Assembly (NCBI GenBank): GCA_976551045.1
Contig: CDPCPM010000160.1
Span: 930,001-994,000 of the forward strand
Source of the DNA: Glaucostegus cemiculus
Taxonomy: Eukaryota
Direction of reading: 5' to 3'
Length of the DNA stretch: 64,000 bases
The first letter of the stretch is position 1. Every line of letters begins with the position of its first letter. Position numbers and translations under genes: made by a program. The notes below the pieces were generated by a model. It ran no database searches and was not told the DNA's origin. It worked only from the letters and a program-made list of their open reading frames with translations. Positions 49,701 through 61,289 of this stretch are shown one piece after another.

Positions 49701-52700
49701 GCCGAGGGTACAACTGGCATCTGTTAAGGGTGCTACCACACACAAGAAAGATCTATTTTATATCCGAAAAACAAATTCCTTACAGTAACAATGTGCATTT
49801 ACATGGCGAACAACTCTTTAATATTAATTTATCATCGTATATTTGAAATCGTATTTTGTGTATCAGAATGAAAGTGCAGGGAAGCTGGAGATACTATAGG
49901 AGACCAACACGCTGAACTGTGCTCGGAGTAAACCTAAGCCTCTCCTCTGTGATCAGTAGAAACAGCAAAGGCTCAGTAAACAGAACATCCAACAGTCTTT
50001 GTTCTGATGGCTGAGCTCACCCTCTCCTGTATCATTGCAACAAGCATAGCCCTCCCGTACTGTCACTTGTCTGGTTTGACCTGTCCCTGAAAGTCCACCA
50101 ACGTTTTCGTCAAACAGGAATGTCACGTTCTCTGGTCTGGCCGTAAGTGGAGAGATTAAATCAATGTGGTTCTGGCGAATGGTGAAGTCTTTTTACATTC
50201 TCTCCACAACATTCATCGTTCCTGACAACATTAAGAAGTCTCATAGCTGATCTTTCTAACTGATTATCCTTTTGGAAATGCGACGGGAGGACGAGAGTGG
50301 GATGTTCGGGAAACAAAATGTCTGGGTCTTTAATCAGCGGGTGTGAATGGAACAAGCACAGAAACATTCACTCACCTTGTGTGGTAACCTCAACAGTAAG
50401 CTTACTACTCCTATTGGTTACGCGGTTAATAACCAGACATGTATAATTCCCACTGTTAACCGAGCTCCCTGACACAAGGGTGAGCTCCTGCCCTGTCTGG
50501 AGAGTAATGTTCCCGTTGTACCATGCGTATTCACCACAGGAGACTGACAGAGCAAAGCAAGTTAATGTCAGATTTGTTCCAAGATTTGCAACAACTGGAG
50601 ACTGCGGCAGAATTCTGACCTTCTCAGGACCATCTACAAAACGAGAATACGTGTCGATTCTGTGTTCAGTAATATCAGATACAAACTAACGTTGTTGTTT
50701 GCCTGCATACTCACAGTAAACATTCAAGTAGTTCTCTCCAGCGCCACTGTTGAAACTGTTGCTGACGACGCACTTGTATGTCCCTGCATCATTTCTGTTC
50801 ACACTAATTATGGTTAGTTCAGAATTGTCGGCGGATGTGAATATTCTACTATTTTCCTGTATGGGTTGGTTATTTTTCAACCATGTCCGTTTCTGAACAG
50901 TGCCCCAGGCGTGACAGGTCAGTGCTACGGCATCGACGTTTTCCACTGGAGTAGAATCGTTGTTGAAGACAGTCACGTCAGACACGGCCTCTGTAAATAA
51001 AGTTGAAATGGAATTTGTGTTACACTGTTGTCTTAACCACAACCTGTTCGTAAGAGGTGGGTATCGCCAACTCAAGACCATAACCAATCCTGGAATTCTG
51101 TCCAATTTGATTCAATATCCAACCAGATATTAGACTAAGCAGAACTCGAGTACAGTGTTTAAATATTGGCTACTGTCTGTTCAAGAGAGACAGACGTTTA
51201 CTTGGTTATAGATTGCTGGTCCTGGTCAACATTCAAAAATAAACAGGCAGCTCCCTTACTATGTTTGGACTCGCCTTATTAGTCCTATCAAAATGTATCA
51301 CCTTACAGATGTCGGGATTAAATTCTATTAGCCGCTGCACATCACAGTTTACCAACTCATCAATAACAACATCTCACCCGCCTAATCTCCCACTTCTCAA
51401 AACAGCTAATGTCCAACATTTTGGATATAGCAGAAAGGTTCAAAACATTAATCCCTGTGGTGCATCGCTGGTCACAGACACCTAATCACAAACATTGCCC
51501 ATAACGTACCCCGTGCCTTCTATCAACAAACGACATTTTTAAAGCATTGATAAAAAGTAAACCACATGCAAATTTATTCCATGTCCCGATGGCCCTATTG
51601 GAGGCAGTAATTTGTAAAGGCAAAATAATTCAGACAGTAGGTTTCAACGGACATATTATATTATAGAGATAAATCCAACTGGGAATTTCATTTGGAATGA
51701 AATCATGAAGAACACTGGTGCAAGGTTCGAAAGTGTTGATTGCATTCACTATAGAGTGCAGTAAGAATCCCCACAGCATTAAAACCAGTGGTGGGTAACG
51801 CGTCTTCAGACTGGAGTTAATGCCATTTCCACCGTCAAACCCAACGAAAGAGTCTCTTGCTCCTGCCGATCAAGCTGTGGCTCCTGATTCACACATCCCA
51901 TTCCAAATAAAGGCAAGGATACGATCCATGATTGTCGAGCTAAGTAATTGATGAAGCACAGTTATCACTTCGCATCGATACAAACCATCAAATGAGCTAT
52001 AGCACAGAGCATAGAAATAGTCCTTTCAGACTAAACAATCCGTGCTAGTCTCTAAACTCGCCCTAACTGTCTTCGTCCAAACGTCTCGGTGTAATGAAGG
52101 ACTCCCATCGTCCTCAATGCTTTTCAACCTCTAAGTAAATGCCACGACCGGTGAAACCATCCTCACAAATCAGGCTCAAGGACGGCTTTTACCCTCTCCT
52201 GCAGGACTATTCAATGGTCCCCGAGCACAATAAGATGGACTCCTGACCTCAAAATCTTCCTCGTTATGACCTTGCACGTTATTGTCTCCCTGCACTGCAC
52301 TTTCTATGTAGCTGTTGCACTTTATTCTGCATTCCGTTATTGTTTTTACTTGTACTGCCTCGATGCATTGTGTAATGAATTGATCTCTACAAACAGAATG
52401 CAAGGGAGGTTCAGCAGTTTACCTCGGTACTTGAGACAATAATAATAAACCAATAAACCACCACTTGCGGCACAGTTCTCTCCGGGCATGCAACATACTG
52501 ACAATCCTCAATTTCCCGTTGAGTTTCCTGCTGACTCTGCTGCTGACCGTGCCCAGATTATCTCCTCTCGAGAGGAGGGGGATTCATTCTCTCTACGTCC
52601 ATTCCTTTCACCATGTTAAATATTACAAGACGTCAACCTGGAACAGTAACGGTTTCTCTCTGCGCTTGGATGCCCGACGCGCTCTGCTTCTTGTGATCAG

Positions 52701-55700
52701 ACAACTTATTTAAAAGACGCCCCTCGACCTGCTATTCACACCAGACAAGCGACCCATCCTTTTGCTGTAGCTCAGAACAGTTTGTTTGATCAAATCTATG
52801 TCCTCCGGCGAAGTAAATATAACGAGGCTTAGGACGAGAGTGAGGCGTCCATTTTTGGTTGTCCTGAGAGGCCAAACGAACAACTGCACTCATCGTTTCT
52901 CGGCCTCCGTCACTGATCGGCTTTGTGATTTTCATTTGACGATGCACGAGCTGTAAGACGTTTGAGACTGTAACTTGATCAGCCAAACAAAACAAAAACA
53001 ATTCCGAGTTGCATTTTCTCAATCAACACACTCGTTCTTCAACATGCAGAATTCTGGATCGTTATACTGAATCGGTAGTCTGATCGGGTTCGGACGATTA
53101 GTTCAATCACACTGTGCACCATCACTGTTCAACACGGGACGAGAGAAAGGGGAGAAACGGATGACCTACCAAGCACAATGATTTGCATGGTTGAGGCGTT
53201 GTACCTTCCTGTCACATGGTTATAGGCCTCACAAGTGTAATTCCCTGTGTCCCACACAGAAATACTGTCAAGGATGAGCTCTTGCCCAGTTTGTAGATAG
53301 GCATCGTTCAGATACCAGTCCAGATCAGCAACTGGACTCGACTGTGCAAAACATGCTGACGTGATGGTGCTTCCGGCAATGTGAAGAGCGGAGTCAGGGT
53401 TAGTGGTGATATATGGACGATCCGGTCCGTCTAAAACAAACGCACAAAATGGTTTGTGGTAAACTGCACGAATGGGAAATACAACACCGAAGCAGAGAGA
53501 GAGAGGAACAGGAGCCCATCACCACAGAGAGTGCACACCAGCATGGTTTCTATTCGTGCAAACCGAGCCCGAGTTTTATGGTCACCGTTACCGAGACTGG
53601 GATTTTCATCTTGAAGAACCCGATTTCAACAAAGTTCCTAAGGGAGATTCGGACAAGTCTCCCATTCTCCTTACAGTAGTTCTGGCGTTGGTCTCAAGAG
53701 GGCATCACTGTGCTACTGTCCCACATTCCCTCTCTTGCAACCCCGTGCCCAGCAGGACTGGTGTTACACTGTGGAACAATTGATCTCTAGGGACACTTAC
53801 AGTAAATATTGAGATAAAACGGGTCGCTTGTCATTCCGCTGATCAAGTTGTCTGCGCGGCAGGTGAACGGTCCATCTGCCCGGAACACTCGAGGAACAGT
53901 GAGTGTGCTGTTATCGGCGCTCAGTTCAAACCTGCCACCTGGAATTATCGCGCCATTGTCTTCAAGCCACACATAAGAGACATCCGTGCCTGTTGCGATA
54001 CATGTCAATATCACGGTGTGGTACTCTACCACGCTGGTGTCAGTGGATTGAATAATGGCTTTGGAAACAGGCTCTGTGGAACTCATTAGCTGAGTTAGTG
54101 CACAAGATCTGAAGACGCAAATCTAGAAGATTTTGGATTCTGTTTCAAATCTGAAAGATGAATTTGCACGTTGACTGATCTATAATGCAGAATCAGAAAG
54201 CATTAAAATATTTATGTTAGACCGAGAGCGACATATCCGTTGAGCTAGGTATTGCGATGCAGTTACTGCGCTGGAGACAGGTCACATCTTTCTTCACCCA
54301 GTGACCTGAATATTATTTTAATTCACTCCCCCGATGAGGTGCCAATAGTCCCAGAGTCACAGTGTTATGCACCTCTACGTAAGCATGCCCTTCCTCCCAA
54401 AGCGTCCATGCCGACCAGGTTGTATGGCAGAGGCTTTCCCATTAGTCTTCGAAACGTCTTCAGAGCTTTGTAATTGTACCCACCTCCACCACCTCAACTG
54501 ACAATTTGTTCCACAGACCAGCCAGTCTCTGAGTGAAAATGCTGTCCTTCAGTTCCTTTACAAATCTTTCCACTCTCACCTTAAACCGATGTCGTTAACT
54601 TGTAGACTCCCCTACCCTGCAGACCACCCACCTCACCAACAACCCTCCTGGTTTTATATATGTCTATAAAGTCACACCACAAGTCTCCCGGGCTCCACGG
54701 TAAAGGTCTCAGACTATCCAGCTTCCTGACTGAAGGCCTTCCCATACCGGTGATCTCCTGAAAATCCTTTCTGTACCCCTTCCAGCTAAAGGACACCCTT
54801 CCTATAGCTGGGCGACCGCAACTAGACATAGTATTCCAGGTACGTTCTCATCAATGACTTGTAAAATTGTAGAATCACGTTCCAACTTTCAGCACTGACC
54901 GATAAAAGAAAGATCGACAAGCGCCTTTTTCACTAACCTGTCTGCCAGTTTCAGGGACTATGTAGACGTTCACCTTGGTCTCGCTGTTCTCCAACACTGT
55001 CCAGGACCTGAAATTCACTGTGCAAGTCATGCCTGTTTAAATTACCAAAATGCAACACAGTGCATTTGAGTTCAATTCCATCTGCCTTTCCTCGGCCGAT
55101 TACTCCGGCTCATCAGAATCCTGTTGTAATCCAAGATAACTTCCTTCACTGTCCACATCACCAACTTCTGTGTCATCCGCAAATTTACTAATCACCCCCA
55201 TAACAGCTCTTTCTATCTCTGTTAGAAAGCAGAGCCGCTGTTCACCTCACATTCGCTCTCCGCACTCGCACCTGCTGACCTCCTGCATTTGTCTCACAGA
55301 TAAAGTCTGCAGGCATGCCAGACAATCGCTGCCGAGGACGCCAATCCAAACCGGATGAACTACTCCAACAGCGAGCGATGGATCTTGGTGGCAGCGCTCG
55401 GAGAACTGCCGAATTCTCTCAGACTGCACACAAACCATAGGACCGATTGAACCTCAGTTATCATCTTTGCCAGAAGTCAGTGTGGAGGGAAGTATACCGT
55501 GCCCACGGCACGTCAGCAAAGACTGCACCCAGAGGCAGAAGTGGGGCTTGACATTGCATCGCTCCACCCGAAGCACTCTACCAACTGCGCATGCGCAAAT
55601 TGACAAACATCTCTGCTGTGAGCACCTCACTTTGAACAGTCGGATGCAGTTGTCGGGAGTGAATGGCTTCAAGAACAAATTCCAGTTGTTAATTCATCAG

Positions 55701-58700
55701 AAGATAAATCATTCCTAGAGCTGCTGCAGTTCACTTGTTGGGCATTCGGTGCTTCAACATTTGCTCACTAAACAAAAATGTTTCGGTCAGTCCCCTTCCC
55801 GACACCTTCTTCAGAATTTCTGTCCATGCCTTTGGAAGCCCGAAGTGACCCTATTTCCATCCCCCAATTTTTAATTCAATGTCTCACCCAAACATACAAC
55901 AGAGAACAGTATAGCACATGAACTGGCGGAACCAATTAAACTAATCTTTAAAAGTCCAAATAAATTGGGCCCTTCCTGCTTGCACAATGTCCATATCCCT
56001 CAATTCTCTGCACATCCATATGCCTGTCTAAGATCATCTTAAACGTCTCTGTCGTATCTGCCTCCACTGCCGCCTCTGGCAGCGCATTGCAGGCACACAC
56101 TCCACCGTCCGCCACCAACTCTCTCTGCGTAAAATCGTACCCCGCATATCTCATTTGAACTTACACCCTCACCTGAAATACGTGCCCTCTAGAATTAGAT
56201 ATTCCAACCCTGGGGAATATGATACCAGCTGTCTCAATGACTATTCCTCTCATAATGTTGTAAACCTCCATCAGGTCTCCCCTCAGCCTGCGCCGCTCCA
56301 GAGGAAAAAACCCAAATTTGTCCAACATCTCCTTATATAATCTAATCCAAGAAGTGTCCTGATGAACCTCTTCTGCACCCTCTCAAAAGTCTTCATATCC
56401 TTCCCGTAATAGGGCGATCAGAGTTGAATGCAATACTCCATTTGCGGCCTAAACAGAGTTTAATAAAATGCAACATAGCTCTCTGACCCTTGAACACAGC
56501 GCCTCGTCTAAGAAAGGCAATTATGCCGTACGTCTTCTTTATGACCAGATGAACATGCGTAGACATTGTCAGGAAGCTTTGCACTTGGATTCCAAGGTCC
56601 CTCAGTTAATAGCACTACCATTCACTGCGAATTGCCCTTTTACATTTTATCTTCCAAAGTCCAGCACCTCACCATTGGCCGAATTTCACTGAATCTACAA
56701 TTTCTCCGCCCAGATCTACAATTGATCTTTATCCCACTGTATCCTTTGGCAACATTCTGCGCTATCCACAATGTCACCAATGTTATTGTATCACTGTGAA
56801 TTTACTAATCCATCTATCCAGGATTTAATCCAAGATATATCATCTGTGAAGGACAGCAGCGGTCACGGAACTCCATACAGAATCAGTCCCATATACCACT
56901 GCCTGCTGTCTTATCTGTGCAAGTCAATTCTGAATCCAAACGGCCAAGTCAACGAGGATCCCACGCATCTCAATATTCTGGATAAGCCGATCATGTGAAA
57001 CAATGACAAACGCCTCACTAAAATCCATATAGACAACATCAACAGCCCTAGCCTCATCAATCACTTTCGTCCCATACTCAGAAAACACAAATTAGTAAGA
57101 CCCGACTTGACCGGCTCAAAACCATGCTGACTATCCCGAATTAGGCCATGGTTTTCCAAATTCTCATAGATCCTGTCCTTAAGAATCCTCTCCAACAACT
57201 GCCCTGCCGGTGACGTGAGACTCACCGGTCTGTAATTACCAGGATTTTCCATCGTTCCCTGCTAAAAACAATCGGAAAACATTATCTACTTGCCAGTCCT
57301 CCGGGACCTTGCCTGTAGCAGGAAAGGACACGAAGATCTTGGACAAGAGTCACGCAATATCATCTCTTGACTCTCTCAATAAACTGGGGTATGAACCATC
57401 AGGTGTTGTGGACACCCACCTTAATTTGCTTCAAGCAACCCAACATTAACTCCTCCTTAATCTCAATATTCCGTCACATATTAGCGCGCTCCACACTGAT
57501 ATCACTATCATCCACGTCCTCCTCCTTGCTAAATACCGAAGCAAAGTACTCACTTACCACTGTGATGCTGTTCCTCATTAATAGTGCCCCCCACACAGGC
57601 ACACACACAATTCTTTTAGTCTCTGCAATGGCCACATCATCATACTTCCATGTATTGATCCATGCTCCATTTTAAGCACCTTTACCCCTTACACTCCAAG
57701 CCTTAAAATAAGCACACTTCATTCCGTCCGTATCATCTTGTCTATTGCCATGATCCTGCATGTCCTTCTTAACAGAGTTACTGGTTGTGACACTTTCCTC
57801 TCAGTCCACCACTTTCTTACCTGCTACTATGATTTCCATCGCCCCGCCAAACAAGTTTAAATACAACCACGTAGCACTTCAGAACCTCCCGGCCAGTATA
57901 TTGGTTCCCCTCCAGTCAATGTGCAACGCATTCCACTTCTGCAGGTTGTCCCTGCCAAAGGTAAGTTTCCAATGACCCAAAAACCTGAAACCCTTCCCGC
58001 TGCATCTTCATCCACACACACATCTGGTCTATCTTTCAATACCTGCCCTGAGTAGCAGGTGACAGCTCGAGTAATCCAGAGATCACTGCCTTCGAGGGTC
58101 TGCTCTTCACCTTCTTTAGCAACTCTATACACACTCTAAGCAGGACCTCTTCCCTCTTTCTTACGACTTCAATGATGTCAATGTGCAACATGACATCAGG
58201 CTGCTCACTCTCTTGCTTGAGAATGTACTAGAGCGCTCAAGGGACATCCTTCATCCTGGCACCTGGGAGGCGTTCCTTTTCAAGCCACAAAATCTCTTGT
58301 CTGTCAACTATCACAATTGGACTTCACCCTCCCGCTGAGCCTCAGAGCCGGCCACAGCACCACTGACCTGGCTGCTGTGGAACGCGGAAAAGATGGACTT
58401 TCACGCCGGAGAGTTGAAAATCGACATGGGGGAGTGTCAGCGAAATGGCGTTCAGCATTCCACATGAAGAAAGAAGTGCAGATCAGTTCAATTCAGGCAA
58501 GGGTCACTTGGCAATGAGAATGATGATGGAAAATCACAGGTCAGCCCAGAGGAGAATTGCTAACGCACACGTGATTGATCCAAACCCATCAGCATAACAT
58601 TTTCTTACCGGCAATGAAACAAAGTACAATGTAAGTATCGATGTTGTTCAACCAATTAAAGTTGTTATCTCACACAACAAACAAACACATATTGGATATC

Positions 58701-61289
58701 GTCACAGGAATTTGCGTTGCAAGCCAAACAGCGTATACTAATAACTCGAGGATACTTTACTCAGCACTAGGCTAGACCATACCAGATAGTGTATCAACAA
58801 AAACGATATCTCTGTTCTTTGTTCTGTTCTGTTGCTGAACTCTGACTCATCATCCAGCTCTCGATATATCAGATACCTAATACGAGAAAGTCTCGCGTTG
58901 TTAAACTTGATCGTTCGGTTACATTGTTAAATGCCTCACAAGTGTAACTGCCGGTGTCATTCATGGATAAGTCAACAAGGTCCAGGCATTGTCCACTTGT
59001 TTGAAGAGCTGACCATTGAAGTACCACTGAAATGCAGGAGCGGGGTTCGAAACAGCTAAACACGAAAAAAATACATTTGACCCGGTACCGTGCGCGGCAA
59101 GATCTGGGCTGACGGATATGGTTAAATTTTCAGGTCCATCTAAAACAAATGCACAGTCCGTTTACAGAATGTCACCCAGGATTCTAAACCATATTTCTGT
59201 CCCGTCACCAGGCAACTACATCCATCTCAATACAGAGAAGCCACTGGAAAACTCAGGCTACCCATTCCCAAATGATCACACCTCAGAACAGAATAAATGG
59301 GTATGGAAGCAGCTACATTCAGCAGACGATAGCCATTTGCACAAACTGCGATGCAATCTGCTCTGCCAGACAAGGTTAGAATTGTCTGGATATCATGCTT
59401 GCTGTGAAATCAGCAAGTTCTGGAGGACAGTGGCCGGTACAACCTTTATCCTGAGGGGGAAGCTGTCGTCATGGTGAAAGTTCACCTGGCAGAGAGGGGG
59501 ATGTTTCTGCTCGGAAGGAAGGTGGGGCAACGTTTGCTTTTGCTGCAATCTCCCGACTCTCCAGTGAGGATTACAAACGACTCTTGTGAGTAGAGCATAA
59601 AATGGAAAATAGTGAGTTGTGATTTCCCTTCTTTTATTCCTGCACCATTCCTGGATTGCTCCCGACCTAACAAAGTAAATGAATTGACCACATAGCCTGC
59701 TTTGCATTTAATTAATTTGTGTTTTGCAACATTGTTTGCAAAATTTTGTCTCTCAACGTCTATAATTCATTCCAAAATCAGTAAGGCCCAACATCAACAA
59801 CTATGAAACTGCAGGAGAACATTGAAACCTGTCTAGCTCATTCATAACCTCCAGGAAAACAAGTCAACTGCAGGACCCAATCTGTATCCCTCCGTGACCA
59901 CAACCGCCCCTCACCTCCCATGTGGTTTACTGGAACTCTCTTCTGAATCTAGGCTGATTGCACAAGATAATGTTTTCGTCTTCATTTCTCCAGAGGAATC
60001 CGACATCACTGCTCGGGCCATCATTTCTTGTTCATCCTTAAGTTCTCTGAATCAAATGTCAGCAAAAAGCCACCAACATTGATGAGCCTGAAGCTGTGCT
60101 GAGAACAGACATGTTAAGGAGGGCAAATTTCCTTCCCCGAGGACAATAGTGAACCCAATGTTTGTAACCACTTTCCTGCAAATGCCTGACCTCCACTATG
60201 GCCACTGTATGTTATTCCTGTCACGTCTGTGTGCAGTTAGCAAGTTTTGGATTTGCCCGGGTACTCATGTTTCCTCCCACCTTCAAAAAACGTTCATGTT
60301 GATTGATGAACTGGTCAGTGCGAATTGTGCACAGTGTGTATCTGAGTGAAGAATCTTGGGATTATACCACTCAGATACGCACTCAGAAAATTGTTGATCG
60401 GAATGTGAGGAGAATTAAAAGATGGGATTAATGTAGGGTTTGTGTAATGAAATAAATAAAAGAACGTTCAGGGAAATTCATCAAAATAAATTGAAAACAT
60501 TGAATATAATTTCGAAACAAGTGACTTTGCCATTAAATCAGGATCCAAGGACCTGCATCTGGCGATACTATTTTGGCGCCTTACTTTGAATAGTGAACTT
60601 GACAATTGCATTTGATTTGTTTTAATTTGGGGGTGACACGTTCCTTGGAGTATGGCTTGTCCTCTGGTTGTCTGCCATGTTGAAGGTGGGTTTGAGGGCT
60701 GAAATGGAGATTGTTTCCATACCAATTTACGCACAGATATACTGGAGCAGCCAAAGGTAACTCACAGATATTAATCAAACGGAAAAACGTTCACCTGGAC
60801 GGGGATCCATGGCCGTGAGGATGGATTTGATCAATACAGATATTAACATGGCTTGAAAAGGAGAAAACAGAATTTTATCCGTCTCCTCATCGGCCGATTG
60901 GTCAAAATATTTTCAGTCGAACCTCATGCCAGTGAAACCCAATACAATCGCGGAGATATGTTACAATATTTCACACACTGTTAGATCACACAGGCCACCA
61001 CAGTGGCACTTACAGCGAACGTTTAGTAGAAATGGATCGCTGGTGTTCGTATTCACCAAGTTGTACGCATCGCAGTTAAATTCCTCGTCCGATCTCAGCA
61101 CCCCAGAGACAGTCAAGGTGCTGTTGTTGGAACTTAGGGTTATCCTACCGCCAGCGCTAACCGTCTTGTTGTTCTTAAACCACAGATACGAAACATCCGT
61201 TCCTTTTGCTTGGCACGTCAAACTAACTGTGTCATTGTATTCTACGGGTTTGGTATCATTGGATGTGATAACGGGCTTAGAAGCAGGTT
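43751..61289 (-). CDS. Gene 2: 5'-partial CEACAM-like ITAM receptor paralog (A2-B2-A3-B3-A4-B4-TM-cytoplasmic) with a 1-nt deletion in B2; possible pseudogene or assembly error
   Basis: Exons 61289-61014, 59139-58877, 54073-53801, 53430-53170, 50990-50715, 50633-50376, 49720-49609, 47926-47871, 47434-47370, 44469-44428, 44132-44089 (or read-through to TGA at 44061), 43754-43751; collinear and phase-identical with gene 1 exons 5-15. Confidence 0.85.
44061..44132 (-). CDS. Gene 2 cytoplasmic exon 4 GLKLEDRSVYSDLKR (then spliced to a terminal A-TGA exon, or read through YVGTSFDK*)
   Basis: Homologous to gene 1 exon 15; internal donor AG|GTATGT at 44088; candidate acceptor CACACAG|ATGA at 43754. 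Confidence 0.85.
   Translation of the reverse strand, partial: GLKLEDRSVYSDLKRYVGTSFDK
44428..44469 (-). CDS. Gene 2 cytoplasmic exon 3 NISTNAPDGNSTYM
   Basis: Polypyrimidine-CCAG acceptor, ATG|GTAAGA donor; homologous to gene 1 exon 14. Confidence 0.9.
44700..46860 (-). mobile_element. Decayed CR1 LINE including an ORF1 esterase remnant, within gene 2 intron
   Basis: VHIGPNNIG...LKSRTSKVITSGFLSVP (SGNH/GDSL-type ORF1); GPDGMYPGELKE; SCLTNFLEFFED (RT). Confidence 0.88.
47370..47434 (-). CDS. Gene 2 cytoplasmic exon 2 STLATNTVNALQTYENFPRNEQ
   Basis: 65 nt, homologous to gene 1 exon 13. Confidence 0.88.
47871..47926 (-). CDS. Gene 2 cytoplasmic exon 1 (R)VKGPPQAKYGTSITSGGK
   Basis: TTTATTCAG acceptor, A|GTGAGT donor; phase 2/1. 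Confidence 0.78.
48230..48770 (-). mobile_element. Decayed CR1 3' fragment
   Basis: Reverse complement of CR1 ORF2 end (LERLGLFSLEK.RL.GDL). Confidence 0.75.
48790..49430 (+). mobile_element. Penelope-like element 3' region with internal direct repeat
   Basis: TTTATACTG...CCTCTGGAAAGGTC.CGACC.GAAA repeated at about 49170-49230 and 49276-49336. Confidence 0.55.
49609..49720 (-). CDS. Gene 2 transmembrane exon
   Basis: DASCTLGPGAIAGIVLGPLGVGLISGISGWFIARKTG(R); TAACAG acceptor, AG|GTAAAT donor; phase 1/2. Confidence 0.9.
50376..50633 (-). CDS. Gene 2 IgC2 domain B4-like exon
   Basis: YGPEKVRILPQSPVVANLGTNLTLTC...W...NSGNYTCLVINRVT; 258 nt after an 81-bp intron. Confidence 0.92.
50715..50990 (-). 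CDS. Gene 2 IgC2 domain A4-like exon
   Basis: EAVSDVTVFNNDSTPVENVDAVALTC...TWLKNNQPI...DAGTYKC; 276 nt. Confidence 0.92.
52200..52460 (+). mobile_element. Non-LTR retroposon 3' tail (same family as 5455-5620)
   Basis: TGTGTAATGAATTGA...TACCTCGGTAC.TGAGACAATAATAATAAACCAATA. Confidence 0.6.
53170..53430 (-). CDS. Gene 2 IgC2 domain B3-like exon
   Basis: YGPDRPYITTNPDSALHIAGSTITSACFAQSSPVADLDW...DTGNYTCEAYN; 261 nt, open frame. Confidence 0.92.
53801..54073 (-). CDS. Gene 2 IgC2 domain A3-like exon
   Basis: EPVSKAIIQSTDTSVVEYHTVILTC...RADGPFTC...DPFYLNIY; 273 nt (one codon shorter than gene 1 A3). Confidence 0.92.
54380..55200 (-). mobile_element. Decayed CR1 RT/3' fragment
   Basis: Minus-strand SKFADDTEVG and LEY.V..SP remnants. 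Confidence 0.8.
55900..58300 (-). mobile_element. Decayed CR1 LINE (ORF1 remnant to 3' UTR)
   Basis: NPGNYRPVSLTS..GQLLERILKDRIYENLE.HGLIRDSQHGF...LTNL; KKTYGIIAFLRRG; NALPEAAVEADT. Confidence 0.9.
58877..59139 (-). pseudogene. Gene 2 IgC2 domain B2-like exon, frameshifted
   Basis: 263 nt versus 264 in gene 1; GGT-CA-GCT versus GGT-TCA-TCT at about 59011; premature TGA at 58963-58961; splice sites intact. Confidence 0.88.
60215..60450 (+). mobile_element. V-SINE-like fragment
   Basis: CCGGGTACTCATGTTTCCTCCCAC...AATTGTGCACAGTGTGT core. Confidence 0.55.
61014..61289 (-). CDS. Gene 2 IgC2 domain A2-like exon
   Basis: EPASKPVITSNDTKPVEYNDTVSLTC...RSDEEFNC...DPFLLNVR; 276 nt; about 82% aa identity to gene 1 A2 (hand count). 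Confidence 0.93.
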
